Position numbers and translations under genes: made by a program. DNA of 64,000 nucleotides from a bacterium. Lineage in GTDB: Bacteria > Fidelibacterota > Marinisomatia > Marinisomatales > JAHJCW01. Positions 45,120-55,016 of this stretch are shown piece after piece; within the stretch, counting starts at the first letter, position 1, and every line of letters begins with the position of its first letter. The DNA lies in NCBI GenBank assembly GCA_028282845.1, contig JANQGY010000005.1, positions 193,010 through 257,009 of the forward strand. The letters run 5' to 3'. A model generated the notes under the pieces. That model was given only the letters and a program-made list of their open reading frames with translations. It was not told the DNA's origin and made no database searches.

Positions 45120-47372
45120 TCAAAATAAATATGAAATCTTAACTTTTGCACAGAATGGGGTACCAGGTATAAAATGAATTTCAGAAACCGATTGCTCTTC
45201 ATCAAACAATCTTGTTTCTGTGTCAAATTGAGTTTCTTTCCATTCCGTATTGAAAATATTTTCGATCGATAAACCGATGTCAAAATTGTTCAGGATTATT
45301 GACACTAAACCGTCAACAACAAAATAGCCATCGGCAACTACGCTATTATCTTCATTTGCCGGTCTATCATCTATATATCTGTAACGCAAACCACCATCAA
45401 TATTGTTAGGTAATTTGAATGTTAAGCCACCGGCGCTAGTTAACGTAGGGGCTAATGGTATGTAATTCTCTCCAGCGGGTTCATCAACTAATCTCGGTTG
45501 TGCCCAATTAACATCAATATCAGCGAAAAGCCAGTCCGTTAGCTGATACCGCAACGAAACATCAACACCGATCCGTTGTGACTTTCCGCTTGGTTCAACC
45601 ACCCCGGCGTCGCCGACATATACAAACTCCTGATTGAGTAGCAACCCCCAAAATGTAGTGTTCAGAATCAATCTGTCGATTGGTTTATAAATAAACCCGA
45701 TGTCAGAGCCATAGGCCAAAGGTAATATCTCATCAATGTCCCCTTCCAAAACTACGCGGCTGTCATTGGTGTGGAATCCAACGCCCATCTTAGCAAACAA
45801 TTGTATTTTATCGTTCAAATTGTAGAACATATTGATCTTGGGACTTATCGCAAATCTGTTTTTGTACAAAGTTTTGTACTCGGTTTTGAGCTTATTTACA
45901 TATTCAAAATTGAAATAATCTACCCGCGCTCCACCCATGAAAGTGAATCTGTCAATATTATATGTTTTATTAAAAAAGGCATAAATATTTGATTCATCAA
46001 CATCCCCGAATGATATTGTATCCAATGTAGTTTTTCTGTTAACAGTATGGGATAATTCATTATCATTAACATCATCATATCTCAATCCAATACCGTAAGT
46101 ATTTGATATTTCAGTATTCCCTTGTTGAACATCATTATCATATTGTAACTGATAGCCAAATATTCTTCTATCTTCCTTTTGGCGGATTTGGTCGCCATTC
46201 TCAGCATCTTCCAAGAAAAATGTGAAATTGGAATACAATTCAAAATCATATTTTGAGAAATACAGATTACTCCGGATTGAGCCCCCATTTTCCAATAAGG
46301 TCAGCAAATTAGCACTAAAATTTGTCCGGCCAGTAAAACCGCCTTCGGTATCATCAATGGCGCCGAATCTACCGATTAATCCGCTGTCAACTGCCCTTTC
46401 AGGAATTTGTCCTGAAGCATTCCATTTACTTGTAAATGTTGATAATTGCAATTCTAATAAACGATTATCGGAAATATAATTGGAATATTTTCCGAACAAA
46501 TTCAATCGATTGAAATTCTGCGGACTGTCAAAGTAACCCTCAGTTTGCATATAATTCGTAACAATGTAAGCCCGCTGTTTGAACAAATCGGAATTTTGTC
46601 CTAAAATATTTGCCATTGCGAGTAATCGCACTGTGCGGTATTGGTCAACTTCCAAACCTACCTTATTGTTATCCAGTGATGTTTTGGTTTTAAAGTTAAT
46701 GTAACCGCCTGTGGTAAAATTACCATGATCAGCATAGTAAGGTCCTTTGCCAAAATCAACATTTTCAATTATTTCGGGCACAATAAAATGTAGATCCGCA
46801 TAACCCTGACCATGAGCGTGAGACACCATATTAACCGGAATCCCGTCCACGCTTATATTAACATCTGTACCATGATCTACATCAAATCCTCTTAGAAATA
46901 ACTGCTCGGCTTTTCCACCTCCGGCATGCTGTGCAACAAACAATCCCGGCATTATACGTAGTACTTCCTGCGATGATTTGAATGGTCTGAGATGCAGATC
47001 AACATCTGCAATTGTATGAACATCATTAATAAAAGATGATTGAACCGATATTTCTTCAAATTTTAGCGGTCGTGGTTTCAACAATATCACAAGTTCATTT
47101 AAAGGGTCGGTAATATATAGCTCTTTAGTCTCATATCCCAAATAAGATACTTTAACAAACACATCGGAACTATCTGTCTTCAGAACAAAATTTCCGAAAG
47201 CATCGGTCGCCGTACCGTAATTAGTTCCGTTTATTAACACATTGGCGCCATGCAAGGGATCATTTGTATTGTCATCAAGCACCTTACCCTTTATCACATT
47301 ATGAGAAAATAAACCACTATTTAACAGTCCTATGCATAGTATTATTGCATTCAGTCGCTTTTTCATTAACAT
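45120..47372 (-). CDS. TonB-dependent receptor with CarboxypepD_reg N-terminus
   Basis: 750 aa. Signal peptide, GKVLDDNTNDPLHGANVLING..., plug region (LFLRGFDVDHGTDVNISVDGIPVN), terminal KISYLF. Confidence 0.8.
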   Translation of the reverse strand: MLMKKRLNAIILCIGLLNSGLFSHNVIKGKVLDDNTNDPLHGANVLINGTNYGTATDAFGNFVLKTDSSDVFVKVSYLGYETKELYITDPLNELVILLKPRPLKFEEISVQSSFINDVHTIADVDLHLRPFKSSQEVLRIMPGLFVAQHAGGGKAEQLFLRGFDVDHGTDVNISVDGIPVNMVSHAHGQGYADLHFIVPEIIENVDFGKGPYYADHGNFTTGGYINFKTKTSLDNNKVGLEVDQYRTVRLLAMANILGQNSDLFKQRAYIVTNYMQTEGYFDSPQNFNRLNLFGKYSNYISDNRLLELQLSTFTSKWNASGQIPERAVDSGLIGRFGAIDDTEGGFTGRTNFSANLLTLLENGGSIRSNLYFSKYDFELYSNFTFFLEDAENGDQIRQKEDRRIFGYQLQYDNDVQQGNTEISNTYGIGLRYDDVNDNELSHTVNRKTTLDTISFGDVDESNIYAFFNKTYNIDRFTFMGGARVDYFNFEYVNKLKTEYKTLYKNRFAISPKINMFYNLNDKIQLFAKMGVGFHTNDSRVVLEGDIDEILPLAYGSDIGFIYKPIDRLILNTTFWGLLLNQEFVYVGDAGVVEPSGKSQRIGVDVSLRYQLTDWLFADIDVNWAQPRLVDEPAGENYIPLAPTLTSAGGLTFKLPNNIDGGLRYRYIDDRPANEDNSVVADGYFVVDGLVSIILNNFDIGLSIENIFNTEWKETQFDTETRLFDEEQSVSEIHFIPGTPFCAKVKISYLF

Positions 47373-47520
47373 ATTTTATACCCTGTCATTAATAAAGTAA
47401 TTAATTAGAAGAGGGCATATTAGAAACTTTTAGTAATTGTATTCAATATCACTCTCAAGATTATGAGTAATAACTATGAAAGTTGACAGAAGTATAGCAC
47501 AAAACGCTCTTGTTGTAACA

Positions 47521-47617
47521 TGCTGTCTTCACAGGGCAGGGGTCGGCAGTTATAGCCGAAGTCAATATAGGGAGCAGGGGCCGATGGAGTAAACCATATC
47601 AATCCTTCCCCTGCTAC
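47521..47617 (+). repeat. tRNA-Val-derived remnant (anticodon arm + T-arm-like hairpin) with a ~60-nt conserved tail
   Basis: Contains CTGTC-TTCACAG-GGCAG and TCGGC-AGTTATA-GCCGA. The tail holds the stem AGCAGGGG/CCCCTGCT. Alignable by eye with 50381-50480. Confidence 0.5.
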
Positions 47618-47682
47618 TTTAGTTAGTCCTTGATTCCAGGAAGAGGACCGGTGATTTTTTGTTTATATGAATATAGTAGTGC

Positions 47683-47722
47683 CTGATATAGGTTGCTTCA
47701 TCAGGCTCATAATGTAACTATC
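47683..47722 (+). repeat. left copy of a ~40-nt direct repeat flanking the C69-like gene
   Basis: CTGATATAGGTTGCTTCATCAGGCTCATAATGTAACTATC versus 48811-48850 CTGATATATAGACTACTTCATTGGGCTCATAAGACTAATT. The core CTTCATYRGGCTCATAA matches in 15 of 17 positions. Confidence 0.45.
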
Positions 47723-47735
47723 AAAGTTATTACCT

Positions 47736-48671
47736 TTAAAATTTTTCATCGTATTTCGTCCATAAATAATCACCCAGTTCCCAGGCTTTTTTGACTACAT
47801 CTTTACCGTGCTTAATACTGTAATTAGTTAAATATTCTTTCAAAAGTTCGGGATTATTCCTATGAATATTTAGCGCTTGCTGTTCAAAACTTAATTGAGA
47901 TTTAAATAATTCTATCTGGATTGGATCCCATACATCTCTAACATCATGGCTCATATCGCCCCAGCGTTGGGCTGTTAAGGTTCCCAATCTGTTAAATGCC
48001 CACCAAGCAGATTCACGTTTGTAACCGTTAATTCGTCCCGGTACTTTATATGATTCCGGAACGTCTGTAATACTGCAATAAAGTGGTATATAAATTGATG
48101 TGGCCACATTATCCAAAGCTAACCAAACAACGCCCCCAATTTCATCGGGCAGCCAATCGCGGGATTGTGTGATAGTAGCGTACATTGTGTACCATCGGGC
48201 AATTGTTCTTTCTCCCCGCCAACCCCATCCGCCGTTTATTCTAAAAAGCTTATTCATATCATATGGCATAAATGGATTGGCGGTATTAATAAAACCATAT
48301 GTTGATGGTACTTCCGGAATTTCTCCAACAGCGATATGGTGGTAGGCCGGCATAGCTAATGAATCAAAGGCTGTCCGTTTTACCATAGTTTGCATAGCCC
48401 CGTCTTTATGTTCTTTCGGGGCTGTGATGTCGAGCCAGGAGCGTGTTCTATGGCTGTCGCAAGTGTGTGAAGTTATTACTGATCCATCAGCGGAAGCATT
48501 CTTACCAACGGTTATTGTAGTACAGCTAAATAATTCATCATTTTCCGGATAATTCTGAGAAAATACTATTTCGGCTTGGATTAAAAATACAAAAAATAGC
48601 AAGGACGCTTTTAGTCTAATAATAAATGAAAACATATACCCTCCTTGTGATAGTTGAAATAATAACCTCAA
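47736..48671 (-). CDS. C69-family dipeptidase-like Ntn hydrolase, unusually short
   Basis: Signal peptide, then nucleophile context FSCTTITVGKNASADGSVITSHTCDS, and the C69-like distal segment IGGVVWLALDNVATSIYIPLY. At 311 aa it looks shorter than the ~500 aa recalled as typical. A likelier start is the ATG at 48635. Confidence 0.5.
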   Translation of the reverse strand: MRLLFQLSQGGYMFSFIIRLKASLLFFVFLIQAEIVFSQNYPENDELFSCTTITVGKNASADGSVITSHTCDSHRTRSWLDITAPKEHKDGAMQTMVKRTAFDSLAMPAYHHIAVGEIPEVPSTYGFINTANPFMPYDMNKLFRINGGWGWRGERTIARWYTMYATITQSRDWLPDEIGGVVWLALDNVATSIYIPLYCSITDVPESYKVPGRINGYKRESAWWAFNRLGTLTAQRWGDMSHDVRDVWDPIQIELFKSQLSFEQQALNIHRNNPELLKEYLTNYSIKHGKDVVKKAWELGDYLWTKYDEKF

Positions 48672-48810
48672 GAGTAATTTTAAAGTGTGGAATGTTGTAT
48701 TTTTCCATAATTGGAACCACTATTAAAATTAGGGTAATTCCGCCTATTTTCCATATAAGAAAGCCATCCCTTCTAAAAGAGAATTTTTATTGCTTTTCTA
48801 TAGCAAGTAT

Positions 48811-48850
48811 CTGATATATAGACTACTTCATTGGGCTCATAAGACTAATT
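48811..48850 (+). repeat. right copy of the direct repeat flanking the C69-like gene
   Basis: See 47683-47722. Confidence 0.45.
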
Positions 48851-48939
48851 TCCAAAAATAACTTTATAATTTTAAAGAAATTGTGCCATTTGTTTGTAAC
48901 TTGTTGAAACATTATAGACCATAAGTAAGGAGTGATAGC

Positions 48940-50313
48940 ATGTTTTATAGAGTGGATCTGCAACAGCAAAGGAAGAAAATGAACAGATTGGCAAAATTTA
49001 TATTTTTGATCGGGACATTACTGTTAACATTTAATTCGATAGCAATTGGTAGGGATAATTCAGGAGAGACATTTTATAAATATTTATCCACGCTTACCAA
49101 TAACGGCGAAAACGTTACTATAGAAAAATTAAATACTACATCAAGAGACTTAGATTGGGATAGTGCTAATTCTCTCCGGTTTAAGGGTAATTTAAGATTC
49201 TTAACTTCGACAAAATTAGGTACTGAGGATCAGACAAAACTGTTTTTAATTCGAAATGTAACGGGAGACATATTTATCTTGTCAATTCCCGACCGGGCGG
49301 ATCCGATGTATCAAGATCTTGAAAAATTAATTGAAAGCAAATTGTATTTCGATATAAAAGTTTTAGAGACCGAAATAGATGATGTAAAATACCAATATGC
49401 CCGATTTATAACCACTCCCGAACAGCCCTTGTTCGATAAAATTTTCAGGTTAATGATCATTTTAATGTTATTTCTCATAATGGTTGGGATGGGACTCACT
49501 TTAACAGGCAAAGATTTCTCAGTGGTGATCACAAAACCAAGGGGTATTATAATCGGGGAAATACTACAATTTGGAATAATGCCGTTAATTGCGGTTGGAT
49601 TAGGATATTTGATGGGTTTTCATGAAAATTTTCCTTTTATCTTTGTAGGAATGGTATTAATTACCGCAACTCCCGGTGGTGTTACTTCCAACCTAATGAC
49701 GCACTATGCCAAGGGAGACGTTGCACTTTCAGTTTCGTTAACTTCTCTATCAACAATATTATCAATATTTTTTGTTCCTTTATTATTAAATGCCTATTGT
49801 GCCAATATACCGGATGTGATAGTTCCGACAAAAACTATAGCATTGACAATTATTGTTCTTGTATTGGTACCGCTTAGTATCGGAATGCTAATCCGAAAAT
49901 TAAAGGAGTCATTTGCTAAAAAACTCATTCCTATTTTTAATATTTTGGGTATTATCGCATTATTGTTTCTGATCATCGCAGGAATAATGAATAATCTCGA
50001 GGGATTTGCTGATACTGAACGGCATGGCGTACTTTTTTATACTATGGTATTATCATTGACAGCATCGGGAATAGTAGTTGGAGGAATAATTCCCAAGCTA
50101 CTGAAAATTACCAATTATCAGGTTAGAGCAATTTCACTTGAAACCGGGTTGCGGAATGCTTCCCTGGCAATGACAATCTCTTTGTTGATTCAAGATTCGA
50201 TGGGTGATTTTCATTCATCAATGTTTTGGGTGTCTGGCATGTTTGGTTTAACAATGTATGTCTCAGGATTAATTGCAATAAAAATTTATCCAAAATTATT
50301 TCCGATTAAATAG
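48940..50313 (+). CDS. bile acid:sodium symporter (BASS) family transporter with a ~160-aa N-terminal extra domain
   Basis: The C-terminal ~290 aa are polytopic with BASS-like segments (LITATPGGVTSNLMTHYAKGDVALSV). The N-terminal part has a signal/anchor plus a soluble region. Confidence 0.65.
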   Translation: MFYRVDLQQQRKKMNRLAKFIFLIGTLLLTFNSIAIGRDNSGETFYKYLSTLTNNGENVTIEKLNTTSRDLDWDSANSLRFKGNLRFLTSTKLGTEDQTKLFLIRNVTGDIFILSIPDRADPMYQDLEKLIESKLYFDIKVLETEIDDVKYQYARFITTPEQPLFDKIFRLMIILMLFLIMVGMGLTLTGKDFSVVITKPRGIIIGEILQFGIMPLIAVGLGYLMGFHENFPFIFVGMVLITATPGGVTSNLMTHYAKGDVALSVSLTSLSTILSIFFVPLLLNAYCANIPDVIVPTKTIALTIIVLVLVPLSIGMLIRKLKESFAKKLIPIFNILGIIALLFLIIAGIMNNLEGFADTERHGVLFYTMVLSLTASGIVVGGIIPKLLKITNYQVRAISLETGLRNASLAMTISLLIQDSMGDFHSSMFWVSGMFGLTMYVSGLIAIKIYPKLFPIK

Positions 50314-50380
50314 GAATATCGTTCTTTATCTGCTTCCTTTGGAGGCATTAGTAATTTGTCCTTGCCAAAATTGAAATTAG

Positions 50381-50480
50381 TGCTGTCCTTACACGGAGAG
50401 ATCGGCAGTTCGAGCTGGAGCGACAATAAGGAGCGGAGACCTATAGGAATAGGCCACAATATTTATTGCCTCGCTGCAGA
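50381..50480 (+). repeat. tRNA-Val-derived remnant homologous to 47521-47617, at the left edge of the R-M island
   Basis: TGCTGTCCTTACACGGAGAGATCGGCAGTTCGAGC, plus a tail forming a ~15-bp interrupted stem (CTGGAGCGACAATAA / TTATTGCCTCGCTGCAG). Confidence 0.5.
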
Positions 50481-50729
50481 TCCAAATCTTGGTTCCTCAT
50501 AGTTAAGTAAGATTCATTAACTTGGTTATCGTATTCTTATTAATTAGTGTGCTAATTATTTAGCTACATACTTCATGACTAAATTATTCCATGGATTTTT
50601 GCTTTATGAAGCTCCTAAATAAACAAGATTCAAATGTTAACAATTATTTGTAATTTATATTACTAACATGGAAATATCATATTGTGAACAAATGATACAA
50701 TTAACTCCACAATAATACAATCTCATAAA

Positions 50730-53700
50730 ATGATCAGAGAACATCAAATTGAAGAAGACTTAATCAAGCAATTGACTGATTTGAAATATAAATATCGCCC
50801 TGATATTATTGATAGAAAAACGCTTGAAGAAAACTTTAAAAATAAATTTGAATCACTAAATAGCGTTAATTTGTCAGAAAGTGAATTTTTGCGATTACGT
50901 GAAGATATTATCGAACCAGATGTTTTTGCTGCGTCAAAATTATTACGTGAACAACATTTTTTCAAACGTGATGATGGCACACCATTACACTATACGCTAG
51001 TAAATATAAATGAATGGTGTAAGAATGATTTCGAGGTTGTCAACCAATTACGCATAAATACTGAAAATACTTATCAACGTTACGATGTTATTTTGTTACT
51101 TAATGGCATACCATTGGTGCAGATCGAATTAAAAAAAATTGATATATCACCGCGTAAAGCAATGCAGCAAATTGTTGACTACAAAAATGATATAGGTAAT
51201 GGATATAAAAATTCTTTAATGTGTTTTATTCAATTGTTTATTGTAAGCAATAAAACTAATACATACTATTTTGCAAATAACAAAAATCAACATTTTAATT
51301 TTAATGCTGATGAACAGTTTTTACCGGTATATCGTTTAGCTGATGAGACAAATAAAAAAACCACTCATTTGGTAGATTTTACAGAAATTTTTCTTGCTAA
51401 GTGTACTCTGGCTGAGATGATCAGCAAATATATGGTTTTAGTGGAGAGTGAGCAAAAATTATTAGTTATGAGACCTTACCAGATATATGCTGTAAAAGCA
51501 ATAATAGATTGTATTAATCAAGATCGAGGAAACGGCTATATCTGGCATACTACAGGAAGTGGTAAAACATTAACTTCTTTTAAAGCTTCTACAATTCTAA
51601 AAGATAATCATGATATTGAAAAGTGTATATTTGTGGTTGATCGAAAAGACCTTGATCGACAAACTCGTGAGGAATTTAATAAATTTCAAGAAGGTAGTGT
51701 TGAAGAAAACACAAACACAGAAACGTTGGTAAAACGCTTACTTTCTACTGATTATGCAGACAAAGTAATTGTTACTACAATTCAAAAATTGGGTTTGGCA
51801 TTAGATAGCTCAAATAATAAAAATTATAAAGAGAAACTAGATCCTTTAAGTAAAAAGAGAGTAGTTTTTATTTTTGACGAATGCCATCGTTCACAATTTG
51901 GAGATAATCACAAGTCTATCAAGGAATTTTTTCCCAATGCACAACTTTTTGGTTTCACTGGTACACCAATTTTTGAAGAAAATGCCAATTATCAAATACG
52001 AATTGGTGAAAATGCCTTATACAAAACCACAAAATCGATTTTCGAAAAGCAGTTACATACATATACCATTACTCACGCAATAGACGACGACAATGTGTTA
52101 CGTTTTCATATTGATTACTATAAAGGTAAGGGAAATGCAAGTCCACAGCCTGGTGAAGCTATTTCTCAGGAGGCTGTTGCTGAGGCTATATTAGCCAAAC
52201 ACAATGCTGCTACAAATTCAAGACGATTCAATGCCATTCTGGCTACAGCATCTATAAATAGTGCTATAGAATACTATAAAATATTTAAGGATATTCAGAA
52301 AAATAAAAAGAAAAAAAATACAGATTTTATACCGCTTAATATAGCTTGTATATTTTCACCACCATCTCAATTAATCGCAAAACAGGGTGATCGGCAAAGT
52401 AAAATAAATGCCTTAGATATAGAGCAACTGCAAGAGGATTTATTCCAAGAAAAGGATGATTACAAGCAGAATCCTGAAGAGAAAAAACAAGCATTAAATA
52501 ACATTATTGCTGATTATAACCAATTATATGGTACAAATCATACCATAAACGATTTTGATGCGTACTATAAAGATATACAAAAACGGATAAAAGATCAAAA
52601 ATACAGCGATAGAGACTATGCTCATAAGAATAAAATTGATTTAACAATTGTAGTAGATATGTTGCTAACCGGATTTGATTCACAATATCTAAATACATTG
52701 TATGTTGATAAAAATCTAAAATATCATGGTCTGATCCAATCATTTTCACGTACCAATCGTATTCTTAACGACACAAAACCATACGGAAATATTTTGGATT
52801 TCCGATCACAACAAGATGCGGTTAACCAAGCCATCACGTTGTTCGCCGGTGAAGAAAGTGATAAAGCAATCAAAGTTTGGTTAGTTGAGCCTGCCCCTGT
52901 GGTTATTGAAAAATATAAAAGGGCAGTTGAAACACTAGGTGTTTTTATGAATGAAAAAGAATTAGTTAGTGAACCACAACAGGTATATAACCTCAAAGGA
53001 GATGCAGCACGAATAGCATTTATTAACAACTTTAAAGAAGTGCAGCGGCTAAAAACACAATTAGACCAATACACTGACTTAGATAATGAGCAGCAAGCAA
53101 AAATTGAGAAAATATTACCGAGTGATAAATTCCAAGAATTCAGAAGTTCTTATATAGAAACTGCCAAGCAATTAAGAGATATTCAACAAAAAGAAGGATT
53201 AGAAGCCCCACCTGATTTACAACAGCTAGATTTTGAATTTGTACTATTTGCATCAGCAATAATTGACTATGACTATATCATGAACCTAGTCGCTGATAGC
53301 ACTCAGAAGAAACCTGCCAGACAAAAAATGAGCAAAACTCAAGTGATTAGTTTGTTAAAATCAAACTCGAATTTGATGGAAGAAGCGGAAGACCTGACTG
53401 ACTATATCAACAGCTTGGACTGGAATAGTGGACAAGATGTAAACACATTATATAGCGGATACGAAAAATTTAAAGTTGAAAAATACGAACAAGAATTAGC
53501 TGATTTAGCCAAAAAACATGGATTGCAAACAGCAGATTTGAAAGTTTTTGTTGAAAAAATAATGGATAGAATGATATTTGATGGAGAAGAACTCACCGAC
53601 CTATTTGTACCATTAGAGCTTAGTTGGAAAGAACGAAGGGTAAAAGAACTTGATTTGATGAAGGACTTAGTACGCCAATTAACAAAATTAGCTCAAGGAC

Positions 53701-53732
53701 GCACAATTTCAGGGTTGGTAGCTTATGAGTAA
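50730..53732 (+). CDS. hsdR: type I restriction enzyme, R subunit
   Basis: 1000 aa. HsdR N-terminal nuclease region. Helicase motif I HTTGSGKTLTSF, motif II FIFDECHRSQ. C-terminal helical domain. Confidence 0.9.
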   Translation: MIREHQIEEDLIKQLTDLKYKYRPDIIDRKTLEENFKNKFESLNSVNLSESEFLRLREDIIEPDVFAASKLLREQHFFKRDDGTPLHYTLVNINEWCKNDFEVVNQLRINTENTYQRYDVILLLNGIPLVQIELKKIDISPRKAMQQIVDYKNDIGNGYKNSLMCFIQLFIVSNKTNTYYFANNKNQHFNFNADEQFLPVYRLADETNKKTTHLVDFTEIFLAKCTLAEMISKYMVLVESEQKLLVMRPYQIYAVKAIIDCINQDRGNGYIWHTTGSGKTLTSFKASTILKDNHDIEKCIFVVDRKDLDRQTREEFNKFQEGSVEENTNTETLVKRLLSTDYADKVIVTTIQKLGLALDSSNNKNYKEKLDPLSKKRVVFIFDECHRSQFGDNHKSIKEFFPNAQLFGFTGTPIFEENANYQIRIGENALYKTTKSIFEKQLHTYTITHAIDDDNVLRFHIDYYKGKGNASPQPGEAISQEAVAEAILAKHNAATNSRRFNAILATASINSAIEYYKIFKDIQKNKKKKNTDFIPLNIACIFSPPSQLIAKQGDRQSKINALDIEQLQEDLFQEKDDYKQNPEEKKQALNNIIADYNQLYGTNHTINDFDAYYKDIQKRIKDQKYSDRDYAHKNKIDLTIVVDMLLTGFDSQYLNTLYVDKNLKYHGLIQSFSRTNRILNDTKPYGNILDFRSQQDAVNQAITLFAGEESDKAIKVWLVEPAPVVIEKYKRAVETLGVFMNEKELVSEPQQVYNLKGDAARIAFINNFKEVQRLKTQLDQYTDLDNEQQAKIEKILPSDKFQEFRSSYIETAKQLRDIQQKEGLEAPPDLQQLDFEFVLFASAIIDYDYIMNLVADSTQKKPARQKMSKTQVISLLKSNSNLMEEAEDLTDYINSLDWNSGQDVNTLYSGYEKFKVEKYEQELADLAKKHGLQTADLKVFVEKIMDRMIFDGEELTDLFVPLELSWKERRVKELDLMKDLVRQLTKLAQGRTISGLVAYE

Positions 53733-55011
53733 AGAAAAAAGATTAAGCCCCGAAATGCGTTTCCCTGAGTTTCTAAATGAAGAAGGGTGGGAAGAAAAAG
53801 AATTGAAAAAAGTATTTGATTCATTCAGTGGAGGTACTCCAAATACTTTAAACAAAGGATACTATGGTGGCAATATTCCTTTCATACGTTCAGCAGAGAT
53901 AGGAAAAGAAAAGACAGAATTACTTATAACTGAAGATGGTCTCAATAATTCGTCTGCTAAACTTGTTAATAAAGGTGATTTATTAATTGCATTATATGGA
54001 GCAAATAGTGGAGATGTTGCAATATCAAAAATCGATGGCGCAATTAATCAAGCAATTTTGTGTTTGCAATCTGAATACAGCAATTCATTCACATACAACT
54101 ATCTATCTTTAAAAAAGGATTGGATAGTTTCAAAATATATTCAAGGAGGACAAGGAAACCTTTCTGGTGAAATAGTAAAATCTATCCGAATATTTTTCCC
54201 TAAAAAATATGAACAACAAAAAATAGCTTCCTGCCTTTCTTCTTTAGATGATTTGATTGCAACTCACAACGAAAAACTGGAAGTTCTCAAAGACCACAAA
54301 AAAGGCTTAATGCAAAACCTTTTCCCACTAGTGGGAAAGAAAGTACCTAACTACCGCTTTCCCGAGTTCGAGGATGAAGGAGAGTGGGTAAAAGAGACAA
54401 TTTATGATGTTTATGAATTTAAAGTTACAAATTCCTTTTCTAGAGAATATTTGAATTATGAAAAAGGGGAAGTGAAGAATATCCATTACGGAGATATTCA
54501 TACTAAATATAATACGTTATTTGATATTACCAGAGAAGTTGTTCCATTAATTAACTCAGAAGTTGCTATTGATCGAATCAGTGAAGATAGTTATTGCAAA
54601 GAAGGTGATATTGTTTTTGCAGATGCCTCGGAGGACCTACATGATGTTGGTAAAAGTATTGAAATAATAAATCTTAATAAAGAAAAGTTAGTTTCTGGTT
54701 TGCATACTCTTTTGGCAAGGCAAAGAGAAAGAAAACTTGAAATCGGTTTTGGTGGGTATCTATTTAAATCGGACTTGTTAAGAAAACAAATTCAAAGAGA
54801 ATCACAAGGCACAAAGGTATTGGGTATATCAGCAAATAGAATTTCTAAAGTAAAATTTTCATATCCAAAAAATCCAAACGAACAAAAAAGAATCATATCG
54901 TGTTTATCAACTTTGGATGAGTTGATTATGGCTCAATCATATAGAATTGATCATTTGCAGCAGTATAAAAAGGGTTTGATGCAGGGATTATTTCCTTTTA
55001 AAAATATTTAA
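53725..55011 (+). CDS. hsdS: type I restriction-modification specificity subunit
   Basis: 428 aa. Two target-recognition halves, each ending in the conserved helix LKDHKKGLMQNLFP / LQQYKKGLMQGLFP. 8-nt overlap with hsdR. Confidence 0.85.
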   Translation: MSKEKRLSPEMRFPEFLNEEGWEEKELKKVFDSFSGGTPNTLNKGYYGGNIPFIRSAEIGKEKTELLITEDGLNNSSAKLVNKGDLLIALYGANSGDVAISKIDGAINQAILCLQSEYSNSFTYNYLSLKKDWIVSKYIQGGQGNLSGEIVKSIRIFFPKKYEQQKIASCLSSLDDLIATHNEKLEVLKDHKKGLMQNLFPLVGKKVPNYRFPEFEDEGEWVKETIYDVYEFKVTNSFSREYLNYEKGEVKNIHYGDIHTKYNTLFDITREVVPLINSEVAIDRISEDSYCKEGDIVFADASEDLHDVGKSIEIINLNKEKLVSGLHTLLARQRERKLEIGFGGYLFKSDLLRKQIQRESQGTKVLGISANRISKVKFSYPKNPNEQKRIISCLSTLDELIMAQSYRIDHLQQYKKGLMQGLFPFKNI

Positions 55012-55016
55012 TACCG

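Noticed and set aside
47433-47450. Fur-box-like AT-rich sequence (GTAATTGTATTCAATATC) upstream of the 45120-47372 TBDR
   Set aside because: It matches the GATAATGATAATCATTATC consensus in only about 12 of 19 positions, has weak dyad symmetry, and sits in an AT-rich background. Not reportable without a genome-wide motif model.
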